Positions 38,432-49,014 of a stretch of DNA of 64,000 nt are shown one piece after another. How positions within the stretch are numbered: position 1 is the stretch's first letter; each line of letters starts with the position of its first letter. The stretch comes from Terriglobia bacterium (GTDB lineage Bacteria > Acidobacteriota > Terriglobia > 20CM-2-55-15), in NCBI GenBank assembly GCA_965218585.1, contig CBDCLE010000017.1, positions 160,001 to 224,000 of the forward strand. The letters run 5' to 3'. Position numbers and translations under genes: made by a program. Under the pieces are notes generated by a model, which had not been told where the DNA came from, searched no databases, and saw only the letters and a program-made list of their open reading frames with translations.

Positions 38432-41400
38432 ATGGAGGGTCGATCAGGGCTGGGCCAATCATCAACATTGAATAACGCCGGTGAGGACAACATCTTCTCA
38501 TCTTGTTGCATCTCCCTGGACCTGGAGGTGAGCAGGGACGGCGGCCGCATTCATGCCATCGGCGCGGTGCGCGCGGATACCGGTCACCGCTTGGTCCACT
38601 CTGGCGGCGGTCTGGCGGCGGCACTGGTGAAGCTCGACGATCTCGCCGCCGGCGCATCCTTCGTTCTGGGTCACAATCTGATCGCCTTCGACCTGCCCCA
38701 TCTGGCAGCTGCGAAACCGGATCTGCGCCTGTTGAAGCTGCCAGCCGTGGATACGCTGCGTCTCAGTCCGCTCGCCTTTCCGAGCAATCCCTATCATCAC
38801 CTCGTCAAGCACTATCAGGACGGCGGGCTCAAGCGCGGGCGCGTGAACGATCCGGAACTCGACTCCCGTCTTGCGCTGGACGTTTTCGGTGACCAGCAGA
38901 GAGCCCTGATAAAGATGTCGCCGGACCTGCTCACAGCTTGGCACTGGCTATGCACCCCGGAGCTTGAAGCCGTGGACCGCGCTCTGGACGAGTTCTTTTC
39001 CGAGCTTCGCCATTCGCGACGACCTTCGGACGCTGAGGCCTGCTCGGCGATAGCCCGGCGACTGGAAGGTACGGCCTGCGTGACCCATATGCAGGAGATA
39101 TTGAGAAAGGCGAGAGAGCCGGGTTGGGCGCTGGCCTACGCGTTGGCATGGCTTTCGGTGGCCGGCGGCAACTCGATCATGCCGCCTTGGGTACGCTACC
39201 AGTTCCCCGAAGCCGGGCAGCTTGTGCGGCGGCTACGGGATACCGCCTGTACAGATGCCGCCTGCGATTGGTGCCGGGAACGACACGATGCCCGCAAGGA
39301 GTTGAAGCGCTGGTTTGGCTTCGAGGACTTCCGTCCTGAACCGGCGGACGATGACGGCCGGCCCATGCAGCAAGCCATTGTCGAAGAGGCTATAGCTGGC
39401 CGGCACGCACTTGGGATTCTTCCCACGGGCACGGGCAAGTCGCTCTGTTACCAGATCCCTGCGCTCTCGCGTTACGACAAGACCGGTGCGCTGACGGTGG
39501 TCATCTCACCCCTGGTCGCGCTCATGGCGGATCAGGTCGCGGGACTTGAGAAGCACGGGATCGGCTCCTGTGTAACGATCAATGGACTCTTGTCGATGCC
39601 CGAACGGGGCGACGCGCTGGACCGGGTCCGGCTTGGAGACGCAGGCCTCATCATCATCTCGCCGGAGCAGCTCCGCTCCCGTTCCTTACGCCGGGTCCTC
39701 GACCAGCGCGAAATCGGCGGTTGGGTGCTAGACGAAGCGCATTGCCTGTCGCGCTGGGGCCACGATTTCCGCCCCGATTACCGCTATGTCGGCCGCTTCA
39801 TCCGGAAGAGGGCGGGCGCAGGACCGGTGCCGCCCGTGCTGTGCCTGACCGCGACCGCGAAGCCGGACGTGACGGAAGACATCACGCGGCACTTCCGGGA
39901 CAAGCTGGGCATCGATGTGAAGGTCTTCGATGGGGGCGCCGAGCGCACCAATCTCACGTTCGAGGTGATCCCGACGTCGGGAGGCGAAAAGTTCGCCCAC
40001 ATCCACCAAGTCCTGATGTCGTACCTGCCGCCCGATGCGCCCGGCGGCGCCATCGTCTACTGCGCCACGCGGCGGCAAAGCGAAGAGGTGTCTGAATACC
40101 TGCAGTTGAAGGAGGTCGTAGCGGGGCATTTTCACGCGGGCTTGCCGCCAGAAACCAAGAAGGATGTTCAACGGCGCTTCATTGATGGCGATCTGCGCGC
40201 GATCGTGGCGACCAACGCCTTCGGCATGGGGATCGACAAGCCGGACGTGCGGTTGGTCATCCACGCCGACATCCCGGTTTCGCTGGAGAACTATCTCCAG
40301 GAGGCGGGCCGCGCCGGGCGTGACCGCGCATCGGCGCGTTGCGTGCTGCTTTATGTGACGGACGATGTGGAGCGCCAGTTCGGAATGTCGGCGCGCTCCC
40401 GGCTTACCCGGGAGGAGATCCACGGCATCTTGAGAGCCCTGCGCAACCTGGACCGGAAGAAACGGACAGCTGGCGAGGTAGTGGCCACTGCGGGCGAAAT
40501 CCTCGGTGAGGACGAGGACAAGGCGTTCGAGCGGGACTCAGCCACCGACGATACGCGTGTGCGGACTGCTGTCGCCTGGCTGGAAGAGGCGGAGCTGTTG
40601 GGCCGCGAAGAGAATGTTGTTCAGGTTTTCCCTTCGTCACTCCGCGTGAACTCGGTTGAGGAAGCCACGAAGCGGCTCGCCGTTGCAGACATCGCGGCCG
40701 CTTACCGTGGTCAACTGCTGCGCATCGCGGAAGCGTTGATCGGGGCAGCCGCCGACGAAGGCGTCACCACGGACGAACTGATGGAAGTCTCCGGGTTAAG
40801 TCCCGAGGCTGTGCGCGGTGCCTTGTACGATCTTGAGCGGTTCGGCATCGCCAGCAACGACACGGCGCTGACCGCGTTCGTCCATGCCGGTGTGGAGCGC
40901 GCCTCCCTGAAGCGCCTTGAGGAAGCCGAAGCGCTGGAAACCGCCCTCATCGGCCACATGCGGGAGGCGGCTCCGGAGCTCGGCAAGGGAGAGACATCGT
41001 CGCTGCATTTGCGCATCGCTGCTCAGGTGCTGCGGGATCAGGGACTGGCCGATCCGCTGCCCGAGCGGCTGTGGCGCATCGTCCGCGGGATCGCTTATGG
41101 CGGGCGCGGCGAGGATGGCGCCGCTGGTAGTCTGACGGTGCGGAAGCAAGACGCGGAGACAGTGCGTGTAACGCTGCGGCGCGAGTAGCGGTCCCTTGAA
41201 GAGACCGCGAGGATACGGCGAGGGGCCGCCCGGCGTCTGCTGGACCATCTGCTCGCCTGCCTGCCGCCCGGGAGCCGAGGCACGGACTTGTTGGCCGAGA
41301 CCACGCTCGGGAAGCTGTTGCAGGCGATCGAAGCCGACTTGTTCTTGAAGAGCAACGTCCGTAAACCGGACAAGCTGCTGGACAGGGCGCTGTTGTGGCT

Positions 41401-43591
41401 GCACGAGCAGGAGGTGATCCGGCTCAACAAGGGTTTGGCGGTGTTCCGCCCGGCCATGACCATTCGCCTGGAGCATCGAGAGCGGCATGGTTTTTCCAAA
41501 GCGGACTTCGAACCCCTTGCTCTTCATTACAAGGGTCAGGTTCTGCAGATCCACGTCATGGTGGAATTCGCCGAGCGCGGCCTCGCCGCCATGAGCGAGG
41601 CGCTACGGCTGGCGATGGACTACTTCACGCTGAAGGAGGATGAGTTTCTCACGCGCTGGCTTCCGGAACGGGACAAGGAAATCGGTCGCGAGACGACACC
41701 GGAATCATGGCATGCCATCGTCGAGAGCCTGAAGAACACCGTCCAAGAGCGCATCGTGGCCGACAATCGGGAACAGACCAACGTTCTGGTGCTCGCCGGT
41801 CCAGGTTCGGGCAAGACGCGCGTGCTGGTGCATCGCATCGCCTATCTGATACGAGCGCGGCGAGAGAACGCACGCGGCATCCTCGCCCTGGCCTATAACC
41901 GTCACGCGGCCGTCGATATTCGCCGGAGGCTCACGGAGTTGATCGGCGATGACGCCCGCGGCGTGACCGTGCTCACCTGTCACGCTCTCGCCATGCGCCT
42001 GGCTAGGGCCAGCTTTACGGGCCGGGTCGAGCGTCCCGACGATGAGATGTTCCGCGAGGTGCTCCGCCGCGCGATCGAGTTGCTTCGAGGGAAGGGCCTG
42101 CCTTCGGAGGAGGCGGACGAGCGCCGCGAACGTTTGCTGGCAGGATTTCGCTGGATCCTGGTGGACGAGTATCAGGATATCGGGCCCGAGCAGTATGAAT
42201 TGATATCCGCCCTGGCGGGACGGACGCTGGAAGACGATGCCGGCAAGCTCACCGTGTTCGCGGTCGGAGACGACGATCAGAACATCTACGCCTTCAACGG
42301 CGCCTCGGTCGAGTTTATCCGTCGTTTCGAAGCGGACTATGGGCCGAAGCCCACCTATCTGACTGCAAACTACCGTTCCACAGAGCACATCGTGGCCGCA
42401 GCCAACACGATGATCGAGCCTGCACTGAAACGGATGAAGGCCGGCCATCCGATCCATATAGACCGGGGGCGTGCGAAGGCCCCTCAGGGCGGCGAGTGGG
42501 GAGAGCTTGACCCAGTCTCCCGTGGCCGAGTACAGATGCTGCCGGCTGGCAACGATCCCATCTGGCAGGCGCGAGCCGTCATGGCGGAACTGCAACGCCT
42601 CGCCGTGCTGGCGCCCGATTGGGACTGGTCGCGTTGCGCGGTGATCGCACGCGAATGGGAATACTTGGTGCCGTTACGCGCATTCTGCGAGGCGCACGGA
42701 ATTCCGGCACAGATGGGGAACGAAGAAATCCCCGGCTTCTGGCGCCTGCGGGAGATCCGCACCTTCGTCGAATGGCTGCGCGAACGGGCTCCCCGCATCG
42801 TCAACGCTGCGGCACTCCAGGGTTGGGTCGAAACACGTCCCTCCAATCCCTGGCACGACTTGTTGCGGCAGGCTGTTGAAGAGCATGAGTTGGAGACCGG
42901 CAGCGGGGACACCCCGGTGGGTCAGTTCATCGAGTGGCTCGCGGAATGGGGCCGGGATATCCGTCGTCGCCAACGAGGACTGCTGTTGCTCACGGCCCAT
43001 CGCGCCAAGGGACTGGAGTTCGACCACGTGGTCGTGCTCGACGGTGGCTGGAACCGCGTCGGACGCGGCGAAGACCTGGACGCGCCGCGGCGGCTCTACT
43101 ATGTGGCCATGACGCGGGCTCGGCAGACGCTCACGCTCACGCGGTTCGATCGCTCTCGCGGGCTCCAGGATGAGTTGGTTGGCCATCGCTCCACGATACG
43201 ACGCGAGGCGGCCGTACTTCCGCCGAGTACCGTTGAGATCGAGTACCGTTACGTCCGGACCACTCCTCAAGATGTGGACCTCGGTTTCGCTGGACGGCGA
43301 CGTGCCGATGATCCGATCCACGACGCGATCGCCGCACTGCTGCCCGGCGATCCGCTGGAAACCCGGATTGGGCGGCAGGGACGCTGGGAGTTGCTGGATC
43401 GCAGAGGCCGAAACGTGGGCAGGCTCACCCAAAACTTCAACGCGCCGCCCGGAACGCGGTGCCGGTCGGGCACGGTATTCGCCGCTATAGAATGGAACCG
43501 CGACCTATCGAAGCCAGAGTATCGCGACGCTATGAAGTGCGATGCCTAGGAAGTGATTGTGCCGGAATTCGTATTCGAGCCGGATCGTTAA
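38432..43591 (+). pseudogene. Exonuclease-like + RecQ (SF2) + UvrD (SF1) fusion interrupted by in-frame TAGs at 41186-41188 and 43547-43549
   Basis: LDLE/GHNLIAFD/DTL; PTGTGKSLCYQ, DEAHC..WGHDFRPDY, QEAGRAGRD; AGPGSGKT, VDEYQD, GDDDQ, HRAKGLEF, YYVAMTRA; ORFs 38399-41188 and 41288-43549 share a frame. Confidence 0.8.
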
Positions 43592-43775
43592 TTCGATTCG
43601 CACACCAGCAGCCCGTGATGCGGTGCGAGGAAGCCGCGGCGGCAGTCACATTGTTGGGCGATTCGCAAGACCGGTCATTGTTGTGGTGCTCGAACTGAAT
43701 CCCGGTAGGAGGTGAGATCGCTCGCACCCCCTCCGGACAGAACGGCTCGTACCGGCCAGGTAAGCCGCTCCTCGA

Positions 43776-45050
43776 TCAGCGAGTAAACTCCAGTTTAAGA
43801 TTCCGCTCCGTGTAGTCATGGAGAAAGACAAGTCCGTGGCGGCGGAACCACTCCAGACTTAGGACGAAGCGAACTTCCCGTCGCAGGACGGATTGCCACG
43901 CACTCATCCGCATCCAGGTGCGGTGGGCGTAATACATCGGTGCCCCAGCTCGAATCATCATCCGTTGGAACTTGGCCGGCTTCTTCCATTTCTTTAACTG
44001 CATGGAACGGAGTCGGCTTCGGATGAATGCATCCAGCTCTTGGAATATCTTACGGAACTCCTGGATGCGATTGTACCCGACCCAGCCTGCAAGATATTCG
44101 TTGAGACCGGCAATCACCTGGGACATCGATTGCCCGTTATTCCGCCGTGTCCGGGATCGGACCTCTTGCACAAAGCGCTTGCGCGCCCGTGTACTGACCC
44201 GAATCTGGCCCCGCAGGATCTGGAATCCGACAAACTCCACATCCTTCATCGGCGCCACCCGGCTCTTGTCCCGGTTGACGTGCAATCCGAGTTCATCTTC
44301 GAGGAGTCGAGTTATGCTCTCCATCACCCGTCGAGCTGCCCGCTCGGTCTTTAACAGGATGACGAAGTCATCGGCCCACCGGCTGAACCGGTGGCCCCGC
44401 CGCTCCAGTTCCTGGTCGAGCTCGTTGAGCACGATGTTGGATAGGATCGGCGAGACCGGGGAGCCCTGTGGACATCCCTTGTCCGTCTTCTCGACGACAC
44501 CCTCTACTTCAACTCCCGCCTTCAGCGCCCGCGCCACCATCGTCACGAGCCGCTCATCCTGGATCTTCCGTCGAATGAGCTTCAAGATCAGGTTGTGAGG
44601 AATCTCGTCGAAGAAGCTCTCAATGTCCAGCGATGCACACCACTCGTAGCCTTCCACCACCGCTTTCCGTGCATGGCGGATGGCCTGGTGTTGGCTCTTC
44701 CCAGGTCGAAACCCGGAGCTGGACCGGCTAAAGTCACCTTCAAAGATCTCCGTCAACACTGTGTGGAGACTTTGACTGACTACGCGATCCATGACCACGG
44801 GTATACCCAACTTCCTCTTCTTCGGACTGCCCGGCTTGGGGATCAGGACTCGCCTTGCGGGCTTGAAACAGTATGTCCCGGCTTCCAGCTTTGCCTGAAT
44901 TCGTGCGAGAAGCTCGTCTTCTCTCTCCTGGAAAGCGTCCACCGACATGTTGTCTACTCCGGCTGAACCGGCGTTGGCCCGAACCTGCTGCCATGCCCGG
45001 TAGAGTCGCCCCGGGTTGTAGACCCGTTCCATGGCTCCAACAACTTTCAC
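43776..45050 (-). CDS. ltrA: Group II intron reverse transcriptase/maturase A (no endonuclease domain)
   Basis: AGSAGVD, RKLGIP..DR, GFRPG, DIESFFD, GCPQGSPVSP, RWADDF, GWVGY. Confidence 0.92.
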   Translation of the reverse strand: MKVVGAMERVYNPGRLYRAWQQVRANAGSAGVDNMSVDAFQEREDELLARIQAKLEAGTYCFKPARRVLIPKPGSPKKRKLGIPVVMDRVVSQSLHTVLTEIFEGDFSRSSSGFRPGKSQHQAIRHARKAVVEGYEWCASLDIESFFDEIPHNLILKLIRRKIQDERLVTMVARALKAGVEVEGVVEKTDKGCPQGSPVSPILSNIVLNELDQELERRGHRFSRWADDFVILLKTERAARRVMESITRLLEDELGLHVNRDKSRVAPMKDVEFVGFQILRGQIRVSTRARKRFVQEVRSRTRRNNGQSMSQVIAGLNEYLAGWVGYNRIQEFRKIFQELDAFIRSRLRSMQLKKWKKPAKFQRMMIRAGAPMYYAHRTWMRMSAWQSVLRREVRFVLSLEWFRRHGLVFLHDYTERNLKLEFTR

Positions 45051-45462
45051 TTCACTTTCTCCGTGACTCTCTACCGCCAGGAATGGCCGGGGATGGTTGG
45101 TATTGGCGCCGGGCCCGGACTGCTGCTAACCTCGCCGGATCTCCGGTTCGGTGCTCGCGCGGAGCTCGCTGCCCTCATCGGTTTGCTAGGCCCTAAATCC
45201 ACCCACTGAATCGACTTCCTGATGGTGTCACTCTCGCCTCTCGTCCATGACTTCCCACCGCCGGATAGCGATCTCCGGTGGCCCGGGTCTTCCCGGTCGT
45301 CAGGGTTTTCTCCTCCGCTCTGTTACCAGGCTTCATCGGCCCTGAGTCTTCAGTGTAGAGTCGAAAGTGGTCGGGCAGAGCCGCCCTTCCACCGTCCGCT
45401 CAATCAAACGGCTCGTGCAGTTTTCCCGCAAGCCGCTTTCCTCAGTTGCTCCTCGCTCGAAG

Positions 45463-46818
45463 TCACCGGTCCACAAGACCGGGGATCAGATGCGTCAGTC
45501 GGACCAAACCAAACTCCCGAATCAGTCGTCGTGCCGGATAGCGGCGCCACATCGTATTGCGCCACCGTTTCGCGAGAAACGAGTGGATACGGCGCTCAAT
45601 CCAACGGTCCAACTGGTTAAAGAGTCGGCGCACCCGCGCTTTGCGGTAGTAGTTCCCCCAACCACGAATCACTGGGTTGAGCTGGTCGATGACTTCGCCC
45701 AGCGTGAGGGGAGCCTTTCGGCGCGAGAGGTGTCGGATTTGCGTCCGGAACCTCTCCACCGACTTTTCCCGTGGAATGGCGTACAGGTTATAGGGATGCA
45801 TTCCGCGATCCTGCCTCTGTGTATCGGACAGGCGCAGGCCTTTCCCTTGCTTCACCTTGTACCCCAAGAACTCGAAGCCCTGTCGGACGTGTACAATCCG
45901 CGTCTTCTTCGGATGGAGCCGAACTCCAAGTGCCTCCCAGAGAAACCGCTCTGCACATGCGAGTGCCTGCCGGGCTTCCGACGGTGTCCTGCAGACCACC
46001 ACGAAGTCGTCCGCCCAGCGTGTGAGTCTGTAACCTTGTCGGGTCATCTCACGGTCAAACGGCGTCAGAAAGATGTTTGACCACAACGGACTGGCCACTC
46101 CCCCTTGGGGAACTCCCGTCCGCGTGGGTTGCCAGCAACCTCCGTCCAACACCCCCGAACCCAGGATGACCCGGATCAGTCCCAGTACTCGGCCGTCGCT
46201 GATCTCTTCGGCAATTAAGTCGAGGAGCTTCTCCTGGTCAATCGTGTCGAAGAACTGCCGCAAGTCGGCATCAACTACCCATAGGTCTCCCTCGCCCAGC
46301 TCTACCCATACTTTCCGCATCGCATCGTGAGGCGAACGCCCCTTGCGATACCCGAATGAGCAGTCCAGAAACAGCGGCTCGAAGATCGGTTCCATCCGCT
46401 GGACCAGTGCCTGCTGACATACTCGATCCATCACGGCCGGTATCCCCAGCTTTCGCACTCCTCCGTCGGACTTCCCGATCTCGACTCGCTTAACCGGCTT
46501 GGGGCGATAACTGCCATCTCGCAGTCTTTGATGCAACAAGGCCAGATATTCCTCCTTGCGCGTTTCAAACTGCTCAACGGTCACCTTGTCGATGCCCGCA
46601 CTACCTCGGTTCCGCTTCACCTTCTCCCAGGCCAACTCCAGATTCTTGCGACTAAACACCTTGTCGATCAGCGAGTGGACCTTTCGCTTCTTTCCCTGTT
46701 TGCTTTCCAATGTCGCTGTGTGGTGACGGGCGGCGGCTTCGTCCGAATCGCGTTTGGGTCTTTCACTAAGGGAACTGTCCAAGGTCACGATACCTCCGCC
46801 TTTCCCTCGCTCGCACAA
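45463..46818 (-). CDS. ltrA: Group II intron reverse transcriptase/maturase B (no endonuclease domain; start uncertain, maybe TTG 46710)
   Basis: GSAGID, RKLGIP..DR, SFGYR, DLRQFFD, GVPQGGVASP, RWADDF, FLGY, RGWGNYY. Confidence 0.92.
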   Translation of the reverse strand: MCERGKGGGIVTLDSSLSERPKRDSDEAAARHHTATLESKQGKKRKVHSLIDKVFSRKNLELAWEKVKRNRGSAGIDKVTVEQFETRKEEYLALLHQRLRDGSYRPKPVKRVEIGKSDGGVRKLGIPAVMDRVCQQALVQRMEPIFEPLFLDCSFGYRKGRSPHDAMRKVWVELGEGDLWVVDADLRQFFDTIDQEKLLDLIAEEISDGRVLGLIRVILGSGVLDGGCWQPTRTGVPQGGVASPLWSNIFLTPFDREMTRQGYRLTRWADDFVVVCRTPSEARQALACAERFLWEALGVRLHPKKTRIVHVRQGFEFLGYKVKQGKGLRLSDTQRQDRGMHPYNLYAIPREKSVERFRTQIRHLSRRKAPLTLGEVIDQLNPVIRGWGNYYRKARVRRLFNQLDRWIERRIHSFLAKRWRNTMWRRYPARRLIREFGLVRLTHLIPGLVDR

Positions 46819-47011
46819 TCACAACTGAGTACAGGGACTTCCCCCTCCAACGGGCCTTTTGAACCCGCCAGCGCCGCTGCTTGAAGCAACGATCCGAGAT
46901 CTTATGTTCGGTGTCTCGTTCCTGAGTACTATTCCCTGATCCGATTCCTGGCACCGCGTCGGCCGGAACTTCGCTCTCGCTTATATCCGCACCTACCTTG
47001 CGGGGCTCTAG

Positions 47012-48553
47012 GAGTCTGCGCGGCAGAAGGACCGAAATTGGGCGGGAATGGATGGAAGATAGGGCATGCCACGAACTTACCGAGCCTATATTCCAGAACA
47101 GAGCCTGCTGATGCCACCGTCGCTGAGCGATTGGCTGGCCGAAGATCACCTGTCGTACTTCATATCGGATGCTGTGGACGCGATGGATTTGAGCGGGTTC
47201 GAACAGAGGCATGGAACTGACGGGCCTGGCAATCAGGCCTTCGATCCGCGGATGATGGTGAAGGTGATGATCTATGGGTACGGGACCGGAGTGTTTTCAT
47301 CCAGGAAGATCGCAGCGAAGTTGAGAGAAGATGTGGCGTTCCGGATGTTGGGAGCCGAGAACTTTCCCGCGCACCGAACGATCTCGGATTTTCGCAAACT
47401 GCATCTTGAGGAGTTCGGGAAGCTGTTTGTGCAAGTGGTGATGATGGCGCGAGAAGCGGGTTTGGTGAAGATGGGGACGGTAGCGGTGGACGGAACCAAG
47501 ATGCGGGCGAATGCGAGCAAACGCAAAGCGATGAGCTATCAACGCATGAAGAAGCAGGAGACCGAGTTGGGTGAGCAGATTCGGGATCTGTTGAACCGGG
47601 CGACCGCGACCGATGAGGACGAAGACCAGCGTTACGGCAAGGACCGGCGCGGAGACGAACTACCCGACGGGTTGGCGACCCGTAAGAAGCGTCTGGCCAC
47701 GATCCAGGCGGCGATGAAGCGACTCGAGGAACGTCAGATGGCTGCGGACCAGGAAGCCGGACGGAAACCGGGAGACGACGAACCGGGAAGCGGAAAGAAG
47801 GGCAAGCCATTCAAACGCCCCATGGGCGAGCCCAAGCCCAAGGCCCAGGAGAACTTCACCGATCCAGAAAGCCGGATCATGAAGACCTCCACGGAAGGGT
47901 TCCAGCAATGTTACAACGCGCAGGCGATGGTGGATTCCGAGGCCCGGATCATCGTGGCGACCACGGTGAGCGACAATGCGTCGGATGTGGGGCAGTTGGA
48001 GCCGACTCTGGATGCGGTGAACAACAACCTGGGAGAGTCTCCAGGCCGCGTGCTCGCTGATGCGGGGTATCGATCCGAGTCGAATCTGGGGATGTTAGAA
48101 CAACGCCAAATTGATGGGTATGTCGCCATGGGGCGGGAGAAGGACCTGGACGATGCCCCCCTCCCGCCACAAGATACCGCGCTTGGTCGGATGACGAGAA
48201 AAATGAAATCCCCGTCTGGGCGTGATCGCTACCGGGCCAGAAAGCACATTGGTGAACCGCCCTTCGGGTGGATCAAATCGGTGCTCGGATTCCGACAGTT
48301 CAGTCTGCGAGGTTTGGACAAGGTGACCTGTGAGTGGAACCTGGTGACTCTAGCAGTGAACTTACGACGGATGAACGGGAAGATCGAATGGGCCTAATCC
48401 GGAAAACCGGGACCGCCACCCTTATCACACGGCTTACTACTGGAGTCCGCACCGGTCTGAGTTCATCATAACGGCAGAATCGGTCCGGTCGCCTCCGACA
48501 ACACGATCAAATCCCAATAAATCCAGGTTCTTTCCGCTCTGCCGCGCAGACTC
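47012..48553 (+). mobile_element. IS1182-family element 2
   Basis: 16-bp IRs GAGTCTGCGCGGCAGA / TCTGCCGCGCAGACTC with CTAG duplicated at 47008 and 48554. Confidence 0.92.
47066..48397 (+). CDS. IS1182-family transposase
   Basis: PPSLSDWL..HL, DGTKMRANAS, FTDPESRIM, YNAQ, ADAGY, EPPFGWIK. Confidence 0.92.
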   Translation: MPRTYRAYIPEQSLLMPPSLSDWLAEDHLSYFISDAVDAMDLSGFEQRHGTDGPGNQAFDPRMMVKVMIYGYGTGVFSSRKIAAKLREDVAFRMLGAENFPAHRTISDFRKLHLEEFGKLFVQVVMMAREAGLVKMGTVAVDGTKMRANASKRKAMSYQRMKKQETELGEQIRDLLNRATATDEDEDQRYGKDRRGDELPDGLATRKKRLATIQAAMKRLEERQMAADQEAGRKPGDDEPGSGKKGKPFKRPMGEPKPKAQENFTDPESRIMKTSTEGFQQCYNAQAMVDSEARIIVATTVSDNASDVGQLEPTLDAVNNNLGESPGRVLADAGYRSESNLGMLEQRQIDGYVAMGREKDLDDAPLPPQDTALGRMTRKMKSPSGRDRYRARKHIGEPPFGWIKSVLGFRQFSLRGLDKVTCEWNLVTLAVNLRRMNGKIEWA

Positions 48554-48726
48554 CTAGCCCACCGCCTTCTTCCATCGGCGTGCCGCCCCATCTCATTGAC
48601 CTTCCGGAGCGGCCAACTGACATTCGTCACGCAGTCGGCCATTTAAGCTTCAAACCCAGCCCGATCCCAACACATTACGACTGCATACAAGAATACGCGT
48701 ATAAGCCTGTCCTTTTGTGCAATGGG

Positions 48727-49011
48727 TTAGCGATCGGTGTTGGTGAGCTCTGCTATTGAGGGTAGGCCCCGATCCTTGAACACACGGTCAAGCCCTTCCA
48801 TCAAAAGAGAATGCATTTTGGTGTTTTCTTCAAAGGCCAAACGGCGAATCTGTTCATAGACCGGCACCGGAAGATAGGCGGTCTGCTGCTTCACTCGTCG
48901 CCGCTTGCCGATGGGCTGGCGAATGGCGCTGTTGTCTTCCGGAGCTGCGGCATCTGGCGCGACAGCGGCAGGGTTCAGCACCGCTTCAAGAGACGTGCGT
49001 TTTTTGGGCAT
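48727..49011 (-). CDS. Small ribbon-helix-helix partition protein (ParG-like)
   Basis: Directly downstream of parA; C-terminal QQTAYLP..YEQIRRLAF..LLMEGLD RHH-like pattern. Confidence 0.65.
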   Translation of the reverse strand: MPKKRTSLEAVLNPAAVAPDAAAPEDNSAIRQPIGKRRRVKQQTAYLPVPVYEQIRRLAFEENTKMHSLLMEGLDRVFKDRGLPSIAELTNTDR

Positions 49012-49014
49012 CGT

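Larger units (their letters stand above)
45355..48588 (-). mobile_element. Group II intron B (probable inner intron, interrupted by IS1182)
   Basis: Domain V AAGCGGCTTGCGGGAAAACTGCACGAGCCGTTT (45406-45438), 3' end TTCGACTCTAC at 45355, candidate 5' end GGGCG at 48588. Confidence 0.72.
43699..48673 (-). mobile_element. Group II intron A (probable outer intron; 5' end tentative)
   Basis: Short domain V GAGCGGCTTACC-TGGCC-GGTA-CG-AGCCGTTC (43740-43770), domain VI ending CCTACCGGGAT at 43699; structured non-coding RNA at 45051-45354 and 48589-48673. Confidence 0.65.

Noticed and set aside
41186-43549. Genome-wide TAG reassignment or pyrrolysine
   Set aside because: TAG terminates ordinary genes in this window; no pyl genes or CUA tRNA seen
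43776-46818. Retron, DGR or defence-associated RT pair
   Set aside because: Both have group II RT0-7 plus X-domain motifs and their own domain V/VI; no VTG retron motif and no template/variable repeat pair seen
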